A stretch of 64,000 nt of DNA from Naegleria gruberi (lineage: Eukaryota): NCBI GenBank assembly GCA_000004985.1, contig GG738854.1; one strand, given 5' to 3'. The notes below the pieces were generated by a model. The model searched no databases and was not told the origin of the DNA. It saw nothing but the letters and a program-made list of their open reading frames with translations. Shown piece by piece: positions 12,194 through 22,878 of this stretch; position 1 is the first letter of the stretch; the number at the start of each line of letters is the position of its first letter. Both the position numbers and the translations under genes were made by a program.

Positions 12194-12887
12194 ATGTCAA
12201 GCAATTACCAAACAGAAATTGTTGAAAAGTGGAACCAAGCTTTGACTCTTGCTCAATCCTACGAAAATGCCCCAGAAAAGTTTACTTCACACAGCAAGGG
12301 AGAAGTGACCATTACTGCATGTCAACATTCGGATGGGACTGTCATCAAGGGAGAGGTAAGTAAATTGGTTGGCCTTTTTATGTGAAAATTATATTCGAAA
12401 GTGCATTATTTCTAATTGTAAAGCTGCAGAATTAGTTAATATTCTGGAAGTGACAGACGTCCAAACTAGACAAAAATTCGATAACAAGACCAAAACCCTT
12501 AAAGTTCTCGAAGATTTCACTCATCAAAATGAAAAATTCAGTGTCAGACATTATGTCACCTTGTCGCCAACTGTCATTATTTCAGAACGCGATTTTCTCT
12601 ATGTAGAACATTGCCAAGTTTCTGAAAATTCCACAATTTATCTTACAACATCTGTAGATGGAATCTTCCCTTCTGACAAATGTATAGCTGTCGGTGTCAG
12701 AGCAACGAACGTTTTTAATTATTTGAAAATGATTCAAGAAGGTGATGATTTGAGAGTTGTATTCATTGGACAATATTTACCAGGTGGATGGATTCCAACA
12801 GCAGTTGCTAATCAGGCTGTGTACGAAAGACCTTTGGGTGTTGTCAATGCTGCAAAATGCATTGGAAAATCAACTAGAGGGGTTTAA
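12194..12887 (+). CDS. START / Bet v1-like lipid-binding domain protein. Two exons: 12194..12355 and 12402..12887
   Basis: ATG at 12194. Motifs typical of StAR-related lipid-transfer domains: SPTVIISERDFLYVEH (RDF), GVRATNVFNYLKMIQ, LPGGWIPTAVANQ (GWIP..vvN). Length is about 215 aa. Confidence 0.5.
12356..12401 (+). other. Spliceosomal intron (46 nt, GTAAGT...GAAAG, phase 0)
   Basis: The donor lies directly after the GE codon. The acceptor at 12400-12401 is the only AG that restores frame 3 (...VIKGE|CIISNCKAAELV...). Confidence 0.45.
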
Positions 12888-13666
12888 TTAGTTCAATAAT
12901 AAAATAGACGAAAGTTTTTTGTTCGAAAGATTTTAACTTCACCACCACTGAAGATTTCTTACTCATTTACATATCAGAAGATACCAACACTCAGTTTTCG
13001 ATATTTTACAAGAGGAACTTTCATAGTTTTGATAACTGAAGCAATTGTGAATACCACCAATATTAGACAAGAACCCAGAAGAACACCACTAACATCTTCT
13101 ACAAACAACCACAAATTCCATGCCAATTTCTGTTCGGCCGAATCGTCTAGATTTGTACAGATGATAACAGAATGAAATAGAACTTACAGTATCATGACTT
13201 TCAGCGTAGTCCATTCTTAAATTTTCCTATTGCCATAATAATCCAATGATATTGGAAGGTAAGGATCACTTGGAATCAATAAGGATCTTGTTCTCAGTGC
13301 CATACTACTCAATTATTAAGAGTTCATTGTGAATTGGAAGCGCAATATTATCACACACAAGATTATGTCGGACATTTAAGGTATTATACTCTGTGTGAGA
13401 GGGAGAAATATTAAGCCACTGTACAGATCGGTCACCTACCCAACCACTATCAAACTCCACTTAATCAATGTCCAACGAATGGAGAATTAGTTTTGTGTGT
13501 GGTCATGAGAAGAGACATCAGTTTTAATGGAGGAAATGTTTGGCGGGAATGTTGTGGACTTGTTAATTTGTGCTTGCGAGATGATTCAACACCAATCGAT
13601 TTAAAGATGTGTGTTGAATTGTTTGTGGAATCATCAAAAAAAAACAAGCTTAACACACAACTCAAT

Positions 13667-15067
13667 ATGACTGAGGAGAATATCAAGAAATTCTCTTGGG
13701 AAGAAATTGAGAAACACAACCATGAGGAAAGTGCTTGGTTGGTTATTGATGGAAAGGTTTATGATGTAACCAAGTTTATTCCTCATCATCCTGGTGGTGA
13801 TTACTTGTTATTGGGAGCTGGCAGACATTCGACTGAATTGTTTCTCAGTAATCATCCAGCCAAAATCCTAAACAATTCGAAAGCTCTATTAGAAAAGTAT
13901 TACATTGGAGAGGTTGAACAAGAAACAATCGTCACTAAAGAAATGGTTCAAAAGCAACATGTCAAGTATTCTTACAATCCACCAGATCAAACCAATTTCT
14001 ATCTTGAATGTAGAGCTCAAGTTGACCAATATTTGAAAGACAACAATCTCACTGCTAGAGATGTTCCTCAAATGTATCTCAAGATGATTCTTTCCCTGTG
14101 TATTTGGTTTATTCTATACTTGGGAACTTTCTATTATTTCGAATCAAAATTGCTCAGTTTCGTCGTTGCCATTGTTTGGGGTTGGTCCAATGCAAATATT
14201 GGTGTTAACATGATGCATGATGCTAATCATAGCTCCTTTTCCAATCATCCAACTATCAACAGAGTTGTGGCAGTTGTTTGTTTTGACATTTTAGGTGGTT
14301 CTTCCTATGTTTGGAAAATGATTCACTCAGTTGGCCATCACGTAAACACAAATATTGAAGAACGTGATCCTGACATTCACACAGGAGAACCTCACTTTAG
14401 AAAAATCAAATCAGCTCAGAAACATCATTGGTGGTATGCCTATCAACATTATTACTTGCCAGTTCTATATTGTTCCTTATTATTTGAGTTGGCATTTCGT
14501 GATTTCTTTGCCATGATGATTGGATCATGGGGAGGTGTCAAATTTCAACCACCTCCAAAAGGAGAATATTTGCTCTTCTTTTCTACAAAGATTTGGTGGT
14601 TGACCTATTCATTGGCTTTCCCAATTTGGTTTTCTAATCATTCAGTTGGAACTATTTTCATGTTGTGGTGTACTGCTTATATGGTTGCTTCATTCTTGTT
14701 GGTTTTAATTTTCCAAGTCAACCATGTCACAAATATTGCTGATTCTTTCCATGTCAATCAACAAGATGGAATGGTTCATGCTGATTGGGCAGCAACTCAA
14801 GTAAGTGGATCGAGTAACTTTGCCTGTGGATCATGGTTATGGAATCACTTGTCAGGTGGCTTGTGTCATCAAGTAGAACATCATCTTTTCCCATCCATTA
14901 GTCATATCCATTATCCAAAGATTCAACCCATTGTTGAGAAGTGTGCTAAAAAGTATGGAATCAAGTATAATAGTTATGGAACTTTTTGGGAGGCCATTAT
15001 TGGTCATTTCACATTATTAAGGGATATGGGTCAGAAGGGAATTCAATCAAATTGGAAATCCATGTAA
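13667..15067 (+). CDS. Front-end fatty-acid (or sphingolipid) desaturase with an N-terminal cytochrome b5 domain
   Basis: First in-frame ATG at 13667 (MTEENIKKFSWEEI). Cyt b5 heme motif HPGGDYLL. Three His boxes: HDANHSS, HSVGHHVNTN and QVEHHLFP. A Q-x2-HH third box is diagnostic of front-end desaturases. Multiple TM segments. Confidence 0.8.
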   Translation: MTEENIKKFSWEEIEKHNHEESAWLVIDGKVYDVTKFIPHHPGGDYLLLGAGRHSTELFLSNHPAKILNNSKALLEKYYIGEVEQETIVTKEMVQKQHVKYSYNPPDQTNFYLECRAQVDQYLKDNNLTARDVPQMYLKMILSLCIWFILYLGTFYYFESKLLSFVVAIVWGWSNANIGVNMMHDANHSSFSNHPTINRVVAVVCFDILGGSSYVWKMIHSVGHHVNTNIEERDPDIHTGEPHFRKIKSAQKHHWWYAYQHYYLPVLYCSLLFELAFRDFFAMMIGSWGGVKFQPPPKGEYLLFFSTKIWWLTYSLAFPIWFSNHSVGTIFMLWCTAYMVASFLLVLIFQVNHVTNIADSFHVNQQDGMVHADWAATQVSGSSNFACGSWLWNHLSGGLCHQVEHHLFPSISHIHYPKIQPIVEKCAKKYGIKYNSYGTFWEAIIGHFTLLRDMGQKGIQSNWKSM

Positions 15068-15162
15068 ATAATAAATTGTTAACAACAAAAGAAATGAATT
15101 GTTTGGATTTATGAGTTTCTAATTGTTTCTAATTTTAATTCCATTCAAAAAAAGTTGAGGAT

Positions 15163-15816
15163 TTAATATTCAATTTCTTCAAAATCAATTTCATCCTCTT
15201 GAACACATGCGCCCATTACAACCATAGGTGGTACCAAGATTGAGTATTGGGTTGTGAATGCAACACAATTTCCTTTTTGTGTATTCGAAAGGAAAGATTC
15301 CATCGAATCAACTTTGTAAACATTCTTATTGCAAACATTACAATATCTAATTGATGAGCTTTCAGGAGTACAAGTTAATTGATCATAATTGAGTGGACAT
15401 TTGTAAATCCATTCACAATTTTCAATCATTTTTTCATCATTTCCTGATGTTACAAAATTAGGAATGTCCAATTTAAACAAATCAGAGTTGACTGAATTGT
15501 TATTGCCATGTAACTTGACATGTTGTAATCTTCTTCTCAAGAGATGCATCCAATTCTTAATATTCAACTGCTTTTCAAATTTTGGATAATAAGCAAAAAC
15601 GAGCGGTTTCCAAATCAATTGCTGAACTCGTTCAAAATCCAAGGTTTCATCTTCACTTTCCTTTTTCTTCTCACCAATTTTCTCCCTTTTCACATTAAAA
15701 AACAACATTAATAATCGACTATTACACAACGACAAACCATTCAATTGTCTCACATCCATAAATTGTGCAATATTGATCATCAATTCCATCGGCAAATCAA
15801 CCTTCATCTTTTCCAT
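15163..15816 (-). CDS. Hypothetical protein with an N-terminal F-box-like motif
   Basis: ATG (minus) at 15816. DLPMELMINIAQFMDVRQLNGLSLCNSRLLMLF resembles an F-box. A 64-aa ORF (15804..15998) overlaps the start in another frame and may be a 5' leader or a sign of a local frameshift. Confidence 0.4.
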   Translation of the reverse strand: MEKMKVDLPMELMINIAQFMDVRQLNGLSLCNSRLLMLFFNVKREKIGEKKKESEDETLDFERVQQLIWKPLVFAYYPKFEKQLNIKNWMHLLRRRLQHVKLHGNNNSVNSDLFKLDIPNFVTSGNDEKMIENCEWIYKCPLNYDQLTCTPESSSIRYCNVCNKNVYKVDSMESFLSNTQKGNCVAFTTQYSILVPPMVVMGACVQEDEIDFEEIEY

Positions 15817-16105
15817 ATAAATTCCGACATGATTTTTGCAGAATTTTGTTCAACAATTCGTTGATCATTCTTGGCAAGTGGTGCTTGTGTACGAATCTCC
15901 ACTTGTGAAATATCATCACTCGCATCAGCAATGTTACTTTTTGATGGCTGCTTGAAGAAATTTCTGAATAACGGCATTTTTTTGTGTGTGAAATTCAAGT
16001 TGTGAGTTCATGGAAGTTCAGCTGACTAGTAAGTACGCGATGGGATGAATAAGAAGGAATAGGCATTGTAAAAGGAGTAAATTTAGTTTGTATAGGTGTG
16101 GATTT

Positions 16106-17428
16106 TTAGTTTTGATAAGGTTTCATTTCATAATCGGTGAAAGAAGGATACATGGATGATGATGGAGTGGAAATATTTTGAGAACTTTCCTGATAGTTGA
16201 ATGTTGGATTGATTTGATTTTCAATTATTGGAGGAAGAGTATATTTGTTGATTGCTTCAATGTACACTTGTGGATTGTTGGTTTTTTCGAGTAGAACTAA
16301 TGTTGAGGGAGGATTAGTTTCATGTTTCAATTCAATGCATAATTTAGAATGGGATGCTGTTAGGAAATGACTTTCGTTGTGATGTTCATCCTCAAAATCA
16401 TTCCAAGCTCTGGAAATTGACGAGAGTTCAATTGAGATTAATTCAACTTTCCAACCATTTGCCTTCATAATCATAATTTTCATATTTGTTAACAATACAT
16501 TAACACTAAATTTGTTAAAAGTATGTTTGTAAAATGCAATGAATATAACTAAACAGAGCCAAGCAGCACCAACGCTCAAAATGGAAGCAATTGTTAAAAA
16601 GGAAATTACTGTAAATAATATAAGTGGAATAATTGCAATGAGAATGTAAAATATTTTCATACGCCAAGAAATTCCACCCTCTTGATAAAATTCATGATAT
16701 TGCAATTCCTCATCTGAAATTAATTGGGATGCTGCAATATTTCTTTGATTAACATTACCAAATATGGATTTGGCATCTTTCAGTCCATTCCATTTTGAAA
16801 AAACTGATTCTCCTTGGACACTCTTCTCAAAATGTCCACAAAATAGAAAAACATCCTTTTCCCTTCCCTTATAACTCTTGAACATTACAATAAATATGGT
16901 CACACACTTGGCCACAGCAAGAGTCGCACCAATTGTAATACAGAAATAGATTAGCAAATTTCGTCCCCCAAAACTCTCAAATTCTGGATTGCTCATGAGT
17001 GAAATATCTTGATTTTTAACTTTTTCATGATTTCTCATCATTTGAAAAACATTTCCACGACAAGGAAACTGACCACCATAATATTTCTTACAAGTTTCTG
17101 CCTTGTTGGCCGAATCTGATCGACAAAATTCATTCCATTCCACTTGAGTTGGATAGCCCATCATGGAAACATTGGCATTATAAAAGTACACCAAGCCATC
17201 AGAGCTCGTTTTCATATTGGACAAGCTCTCCACTTGACATGTAAAACCTCTATAGTGCAACAATTGTGTCATGTCCAGAAATATACAGGACATGAAAAGA
17301 AACACTGCAGACACTAGCGGAATCACGAGTCTCGCAGCAATATTTCCACAATTGATATAGACCAGCTTTTTTGTGTGGTTAGATTCGGAAAGTGATGAAA
17401 AATTGGTGTGCTGCCGATTTATAGACAT
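16106..17428 (-). CDS. Polytopic membrane protein with a Cys-containing extracellular loop, function unknown
   Basis: ATG (minus) at 17428. Four clear hydrophobic helices: LVIPLVSAVFLFMSCIFL, LLIYFCITIGATLAVAKCVTIFIVMF, IFYILIAIIPLILFTVISFLTIASIL, GAAWLCLVIFIAFY. A Cys-rich loop lies between TM1 and TM2. Confidence 0.5.
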   Translation of the reverse strand: MSINRQHTNFSSLSESNHTKKLVYINCGNIAARLVIPLVSAVFLFMSCIFLDMTQLLHYRGFTCQVESLSNMKTSSDGLVYFYNANVSMMGYPTQVEWNEFCRSDSANKAETCKKYYGGQFPCRGNVFQMMRNHEKVKNQDISLMSNPEFESFGGRNLLIYFCITIGATLAVAKCVTIFIVMFKSYKGREKDVFLFCGHFEKSVQGESVFSKWNGLKDAKSIFGNVNQRNIAASQLISDEELQYHEFYQEGGISWRMKIFYILIAIIPLILFTVISFLTIASILSVGAAWLCLVIFIAFYKHTFNKFSVNVLLTNMKIMIMKANGWKVELISIELSSISRAWNDFEDEHHNESHFLTASHSKLCIELKHETNPPSTLVLLEKTNNPQVYIEAINKYTLPPIIENQINPTFNYQESSQNISTPSSSMYPSFTDYEMKPYQN

Positions 17429-17569
17429 TTTTTTTGAAGTTTAATTTTATTGATGAGTTGGAATCAGGTTAGAATCGTAGAAGAAGAACTCTTAATCCAT
17501 TACGGAGTTTGGTTATTAATCAAAATTGTTTTTTATGTTTTTTCTCAGGAATGCAAATTGTTGGCATAA

Positions 17570-18859
17570 TTAGTTGTGGATGGCGTTGGCCAAACCAATT
17601 CTCATATTTTGCTTATCATAAACAGTGTAGAAGAGAGATTGGAAGAGAGAACCAAAGATCCATTGACCAGCTTTGAGTTGATCGGCCTTATTGATACCAC
17701 CTTGACAGACAGAAGGTCCAAAGATTGGTGGCTTGTTTTCAATGACAAAGTTATGTGGTTCAATAGAATATTCATTGCCACCAATGACAAAAGTAAAGGT
17801 TGGAATTCTAGAGAATTGAATTTGAGAACAATCAGCTGGAAGACTGACATTGGCAAAAAGTTGCATAGCAGAGAAGGTGATTGGATCAGTAAACATGGCA
17901 TAAGCACTTGTATCAAAAGTAGCAAGACACTTGACTCCAGTACCAGGACCACATGTTAAATAATTGACCAAATTACCATTAACCTTAAGACCATCGAATT
18001 CAATCATCCAATTCTTTGAACCAGTTGGAATTGGATAGAAATTCATTGGACCCTTATAGTAATCAGTTGAGTAACCACCCAAAACCAAAGCTCCTTTACC
18101 CTTTTGCTTTTGTTGATTTGGATTCTTGAGTTCACTCAAATAAATAGAAAAGACATAGCTGCTAACTAGTTTTTGTTGCACAACATAATCCATAATGGAT
18201 GGGAATGAATAGACATAGTTTGCACTTGGTTCTGGACTCAAATTCAAACCAAGGAATCCATCAAATTGCAAAAAGCTTTCCTCAAAAGAATCATCACTCT
18301 TAACCAATTCAGCAAAAGTAACATTCTTAATTGTCAAATCAGCTCCATTATCCAAAATAAGTCCCATTTGATCATTGGCAAGTGTTCCAAAGAATTCAAA
18401 TTCTCCCAAATACCAATCAACTTGTCTTCCATCTTTCTTGTAAGTGCTTGACTTGGAAGAATCATACTTTGGATGTCTGAAACATTGCATTCCACACAAT
18501 GTAGAAGTAACAGTCAATAATCCTCCATTAGTATTAACCATAAGCTTGAAAGTATTACTCTTATCTGAACCAAAATGTACATTGGCATAATAATAGAACT
18601 GTTTTCATTGACAATTCATCAAAATCATAATAAATTCATCAAGTAACAATAAGTGTCATCATCATTAATATTAATATAAAAATTTAAATATTTAGCAACG
18701 TACATTGTTATAATCCTGAAGAGGAACAACCATCAATGATTCACCACTCACTCCCTTCATCTTCTCCTTTGAAAAGTTTCTCATTGGAATGGCTCCCGAC
18801 ACACAGACAGCCAAAGCCAACACGATGGCTACAGAAATTATGGCAGTAAATTGACGCAT
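17570..18859 (-). CDS. Pepsin-family (A1) aspartic peptidase homolog with non-canonical catalytic motifs, predicted inactive. Two exons on the minus strand: 18859..18704 and 18598..17570
   Basis: Exon 1 encodes the signal peptide MRQFTAIISVAIVLALAVCVSG. Exon 2 starts FYYYANVHFGSDKSNTFKLMVNTNGGLLTV, which aligns to the pepsin Y.G.I.IGTP.Q.F.V.FDTGSS.LWV with DTG replaced by NTN. Other A1 hallmarks are present: C..C.H..YDSSKSSTY, the flap Y in DWYLGEF, QFDGFLGL, a second motif ATFDTSAYAMF (pepsin has DTGTS) and the C-terminal WIFGSLFQSLFYTVYDKQNMRIGLA. Confidence 0.65.
18599..18703 (-). other. Spliceosomal intron (105 nt, minus strand; GTACGT...AACAG, phase 0)
   Basis: Minus-strand donor is AAT|GTACGT. 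Acceptor is GAAAACAG|TTC. The intron is very AT-rich and joins a signal-peptide exon to the pepsin-like body in frame. Confidence 0.6.
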
Positions 18860-19425
18860 TTTTTTTTGTGTTTGTTTTCTTCTCTCGGAGGGAATTTCGG
18901 CGACAACCTTAATAAGGTGAAAATAAAGTTTTGAGAATTTGAGCGAAAAAATTGTTCATTTTGATTGAAGATTTTTTAAAGGTTCGTTTTTGGGTATGCA
19001 ATATTCTGGAACTACTGACCTTTCGTTTATTTACAATGAATGTGAAAAGAAAGTGAACTAATTCTAATACATAAATATTATTGTAAAGAATAAATATTAT
19101 CATTTTACAATAAATATTTAAGAGAGTTTCACTTCCTTTCTGTGAGGTTCTTTTATGGAAAATTGGCGCGAAAAGGATCAAAAAAAATTCAAAAAAAAAT
19201 ACAAAAATGATTCTCTATCTCTTGCTCTTTCTCACGGTTGCTCTGATGGTAGCAGCCTCATTGTTGCTCCCCTTCGTAACGAGTATACAATATCCGAAGA
19301 GGAATCGTTTTCAATTAAAACAAGCACAACATTTTCCGATATGGTTGGTTGTATTGGTAGAGTTTAGGAGGAGAGTTGTGTTTTTATTGGATTTTATTGT
19401 TCATTATATTCATGTAAATTATACA

Positions 19426-20964
19426 ATGAAGCCACAAGAGTTGAGTCCGAAAGTTGGAGAGTATGGAAAATTGGATGTTGAAATTGTCAAACCAATTAAA
19501 GATGACACTCCACAACAACATTTTGGAATGTTATCACCTACAGATGCTCCTTTTCCACCTTCACATTATTGTTTTCAATTTGAAGGATTTTTGGATAGAA
19601 AATTGTTTGTAGAATCCCTTTCGGAAGTTTTAAAGCACATTCCTAGATTGGGTTCTAAATTGGTCGAGTTCAAATCTTTGGATGAATTGAAGAGAGGAAC
19701 TGCTGGATGGTTTGATGAGTTGGGTAATATGGAGAGAAGAATTGTTGAAGGCAGACTTTTGAATGCTAAAAAGCCAATAACACTTTTTGATTTGAGAGAT
19801 GCCCAATTGGAAGTTTGTTTTGCTGAAGATGACACTATTAAAACAAATGATGAAACTGGATTATTGACAGCCACTGATTTGGCAAAGAATATGCACATTC
19901 TTTCTGTGTTCGGTGTTAGAGGACCAATCAAGGTTATCCACTCCGAACCAACAGATCCACTCACAAGACTTCAAGTTACTTATTTACGTAAAGCAAACAA
20001 GACTGCTCTCACCATTTATATGGATCATGCTGTTGGAGATGCTTCTTCCATCTCAATGTTCATGCAATTGTTGGGTGATATTTTGAGTGCAAAGCAAACT
20101 GGAAAGGAATTCAAACCACGTAATCTTCCAGTTTGCAATCCTGTTCCTATCTTTAAATTTGGATACAATAAGGAAGCAGAAAAGTTAGATGATTTCCTAT
20201 TCACTTATTATGATCCTACTGCATGCTATTCCTTCTTCAGAGCTGAAGTATTCAAATATCTAGATCAAAACTCTAAAAATCCAGCAAAAATTATTGCCAA
20301 AGAAATTACTGTCAATAAGAAACAATTGGATCAATTGAAAAAGAAGATTTTGAACGAAACTCCTGAACTGAATGATGTTGCCTTCAGCACCAATGACATG
20401 TTAAATGTTTTACTTTTGAGATCTGTTGCTTTTGGAGACAAGATTAATAGAATTGGCAGCGAAAAGTTATTGACATTGAGATATGTTGCTTCATTTAGAG
20501 AACGTTGTGATTATATTACTAGTAATTATTTTGGAAATGCTTTTGGAATTATCTTTGATAGTGTATCCAAGAAGGAATTGTTGGAAATGACTACTGGTGA
20601 ATTAATCCTCTTAGCAAAGAAGAATACTGAAAAGACTGTTAACAATCAAGGTTATTGGGAAACTAAATTGGAAGAAATGAATCAAAGATATTTCGACCCT
20701 CTCCAAGTTGACTTTGGTTTCCCTGCCTTTGAAGGAAGTGAAAACTTTATGGGAGTCACAAATTGGGTCAAACCAATGTTAGAAATTGGTTCTCACTTCC
20801 AAGATAAATCCTATCTGGGTATCAGTACTCTTTGCATGCCATTCCCTCATGTAAATAAGATTCTACCAACCTCAACAACTGATCCAGATGGTGGTGTTAG
20901 ATTGGTGCTTTCCTTGTATGAGCCTGAATACTTGTATTTCGTTGGAGAAATTCCAAAAGTTTAA
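19426..20964 (+). CDS. HxxxD-motif acyltransferase (BAHD / transferase-family-like)
   Basis: First convincing ATG at 19426 (MKPQELSPKV). The ORF extends upstream to 19207 through a hydrophobic stretch. YMDHAVGDASS (HxxxD) sits about 40% into the protein. DFGFPAFEG (a DFGWG-like motif) sits near the C-terminus. Size is about 512 aa. Confidence 0.45.
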   Translation: MKPQELSPKVGEYGKLDVEIVKPIKDDTPQQHFGMLSPTDAPFPPSHYCFQFEGFLDRKLFVESLSEVLKHIPRLGSKLVEFKSLDELKRGTAGWFDELGNMERRIVEGRLLNAKKPITLFDLRDAQLEVCFAEDDTIKTNDETGLLTATDLAKNMHILSVFGVRGPIKVIHSEPTDPLTRLQVTYLRKANKTALTIYMDHAVGDASSISMFMQLLGDILSAKQTGKEFKPRNLPVCNPVPIFKFGYNKEAEKLDDFLFTYYDPTACYSFFRAEVFKYLDQNSKNPAKIIAKEITVNKKQLDQLKKKILNETPELNDVAFSTNDMLNVLLLRSVAFGDKINRIGSEKLLTLRYVASFRERCDYITSNYFGNAFGIIFDSVSKKELLEMTTGELILLAKKNTEKTVNNQGYWETKLEEMNQRYFDPLQVDFGFPAFEGSENFMGVTNWVKPMLEIGSHFQDKSYLGISTLCMPFPHVNKILPTSTTDPDGGVRLVLSLYEPEYLYFVGEIPKV

Positions 20965-21012
20965 TTTTATTAAGACTCGATCAATGTAAATAAAAAGAGC
21001 ATACCTCAAAGA

Positions 21013-21668
21013 CTAGTGTTCATATTGCTGCTCTTCATTATGTTGCGTTTCATATTCATCCTCATCATCCTCATTCTCGTAATAGTAGTATTCATCAACA
21101 TTTGAATCACTCACTGCTAATACTCGTCCAATTTTGTCTCCAAAATTTTTGTTCTTTGGTTTGAAGAATCGTTGCACATCCTTCAAAGGATTGAAAATCG
21201 AGACAATGAAAATAACAAAGATAAAGATTGCCAAATTATACACCATATGGAATATGTACATGCTAAACTCCCACAACACACTGAGGGGAATACAAACAAA
21301 ACCAAGGCATTGTGTAATTAAGGCAATACTTAGTCCAACTTGAAGAGTGAGGGCCTTCCTCAGAGCTGATTGTTTCACTGAGAACGAGGCACTGTTGGTT
21401 GACTTGAGCTCATTATTCATTGATGATAATAATAATCGTCCAATTATTGTCAGCATGACAGTAATACAAATTGAACTGCCTAGAAAGATGAGACCTCCAC
21501 ATAAGAATAATGCCAATAACAAATATCTCAATACTGCTGAACTGGCTCCAAAAGGAGAGGACATTAACCCAGCAAACACGAATACAATAATGGACAAGAT
21601 GATAAATATTCCAGCAATTCCAATCAGTAAGAAAACTAAAAATCTCCTATATCTCTTATAGTTTTGCA
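21013..21668 (-). CDS. Small 4-TM membrane protein with an acidic Tyr/Glu/Asp-rich C-terminal tail
   Basis: First ATG (minus) at 21668 (MQNYKRYRRF). The ORF-track start at 21702 is a TTG. Four hydrophobic helices. The tail reads DEYYYYENEDDEDEYETQHNEEQQYEH. Confidence 0.45.
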
Positions 21669-21741
21669 TTGATAACTTTTCAATTACTCTGGTGGTATCC
21701 AAACTATAATTGTTAAAATTGATGAATTAATTTAAATAAAC

Positions 21742-22320
21742 CTACAATATACTGCAAATATGGGACAGTATTAAAATTTCAATATAAATGACAAAAATTA
21801 CTGCCACTCGATCAATTCCCTTCACTATTTGATTTGCCATTTTAGAAATTTCCTTATTGGTAATTAGCAGTGTCAGTTCTGAACCCATCCTCGATAGCAT
21901 ATTGAAAATCATACCAGCACATAATGCAAACAGTAAACCGTAGAGAATTTTGTGATTCCTCCTCATATTCTTCAATTGAATGAAAAAGCTAACAATAGAA
22001 AATGCCAATAGCGAGATGAAAAGTGCTGTGAATGGAATATTCGAAAAGACAACCATCTGTTGGTACAACCCATAAGTCATTCCAGGAGCAGTTCCATTCT
22101 GCACTCCAGCTGCCAATTCGATTATCAAATCTTCTCCACTCAACAAATTATTCACAATTGTCAATCCACCATCAATTCCAATACTATTAATACCAGTATT
22201 CCACTGTTCAATCCAAACACTCGCTATAATTAAAAATCCCATCATGATCATTATTAATCCAATCAACCGGAATTTCCCATCAAACAATGATCGATCCAAT
22301 CGATCTTGAATTTTCCACAT
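21742..22320 (-). CDS. Small 4-TM membrane protein, function unknown
   Basis: First ATG (minus) at 22320 (MWKIQDRLDRSL). The ORF-track start at 22383 is a GTG. Four hydrophobic helices. It sits directly downstream of 21013..21668 on the same strand. Confidence 0.45.
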   Translation of the reverse strand: MWKIQDRLDRSLFDGKFRLIGLIMIMMGFLIIASVWIEQWNTGINSIGIDGGLTIVNNLLSGEDLIIELAAGVQNGTAPGMTYGLYQQMVVFSNIPFTALFISLLAFSIVSFFIQLKNMRRNHKILYGLLFALCAGMIFNMLSRMGSELTLLITNKEISKMANQIVKGIDRVAVIFVIYIEILILSHICSIL

Positions 22321-22878
22321 CTTATTTAATAAATTATATAGTAAATTAATATAAATTTCTATTCCACTGTTGCCTCTCAGCACAAAAACACTCGAATGGT
22401 CTATTTTCCGAGTCTTGTGTGTGTTGCAGAGTTTCAGAAAGGCTTGTTTTTCTGAATGATGCTTGAATACGACGCGAAGAAGTAAAACAATTTTTTTTAC
22501 AAGTGTTCTACTAATTACAGTTCCTGATTTGTGAAAAGGCGCGAAAACAGTTTTTGGCGGTAATTAGTTATTAGTGAAAGATTTTTCAGAATTGTTCGAG
22601 TTGTTGGAGTTGATGAAGTGATGTGGAATATCAAGGCAACTTGTGGAGGAACTGTGTTGAGATATTTTTTTATGTTGGGTTATTAATTGAAATGTCAGTT
22701 TGACATGCGATAGAGGACTTGAGAGGATTACAACCATGACTTGATTATCGTGAAAGATATTTTACATTGTATCCATGAAGAAATCTTTAAACAACATAAT
22801 GGTGTTTGTAAAGAATGTTAAATAGTATTGAATATTAATCAATTAATATTTAAATGCATTTTTAAATATTTAAAAAAA

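Noticed and set aside
15804-15998. Treating the 64-aa ORF 15804..15998 (minus) as exon 1 of the F-box-like gene, or as evidence of a frameshift
   Set aside because: It overlaps the ATG of the 217-aa ORF by 13 nt in another frame, leaving no room for an intron. Its sequence is low-complexity. I kept it as a possible uORF or leader and annotated the 217-aa ORF alone.
19207-19425. Using the upstream ORF-track start (19207, MILYLLLFLTVALMV...) for the acyltransferase
   Set aside because: The 73 upstream residues are a hydrophobic, Arg/Phe/Val-rich stretch read from AT-rich sequence. The HxxxD and DFGWG-like motifs sit at family-typical positions only when the protein starts at the ATG at 19426. 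A signal-anchor cannot be excluded.
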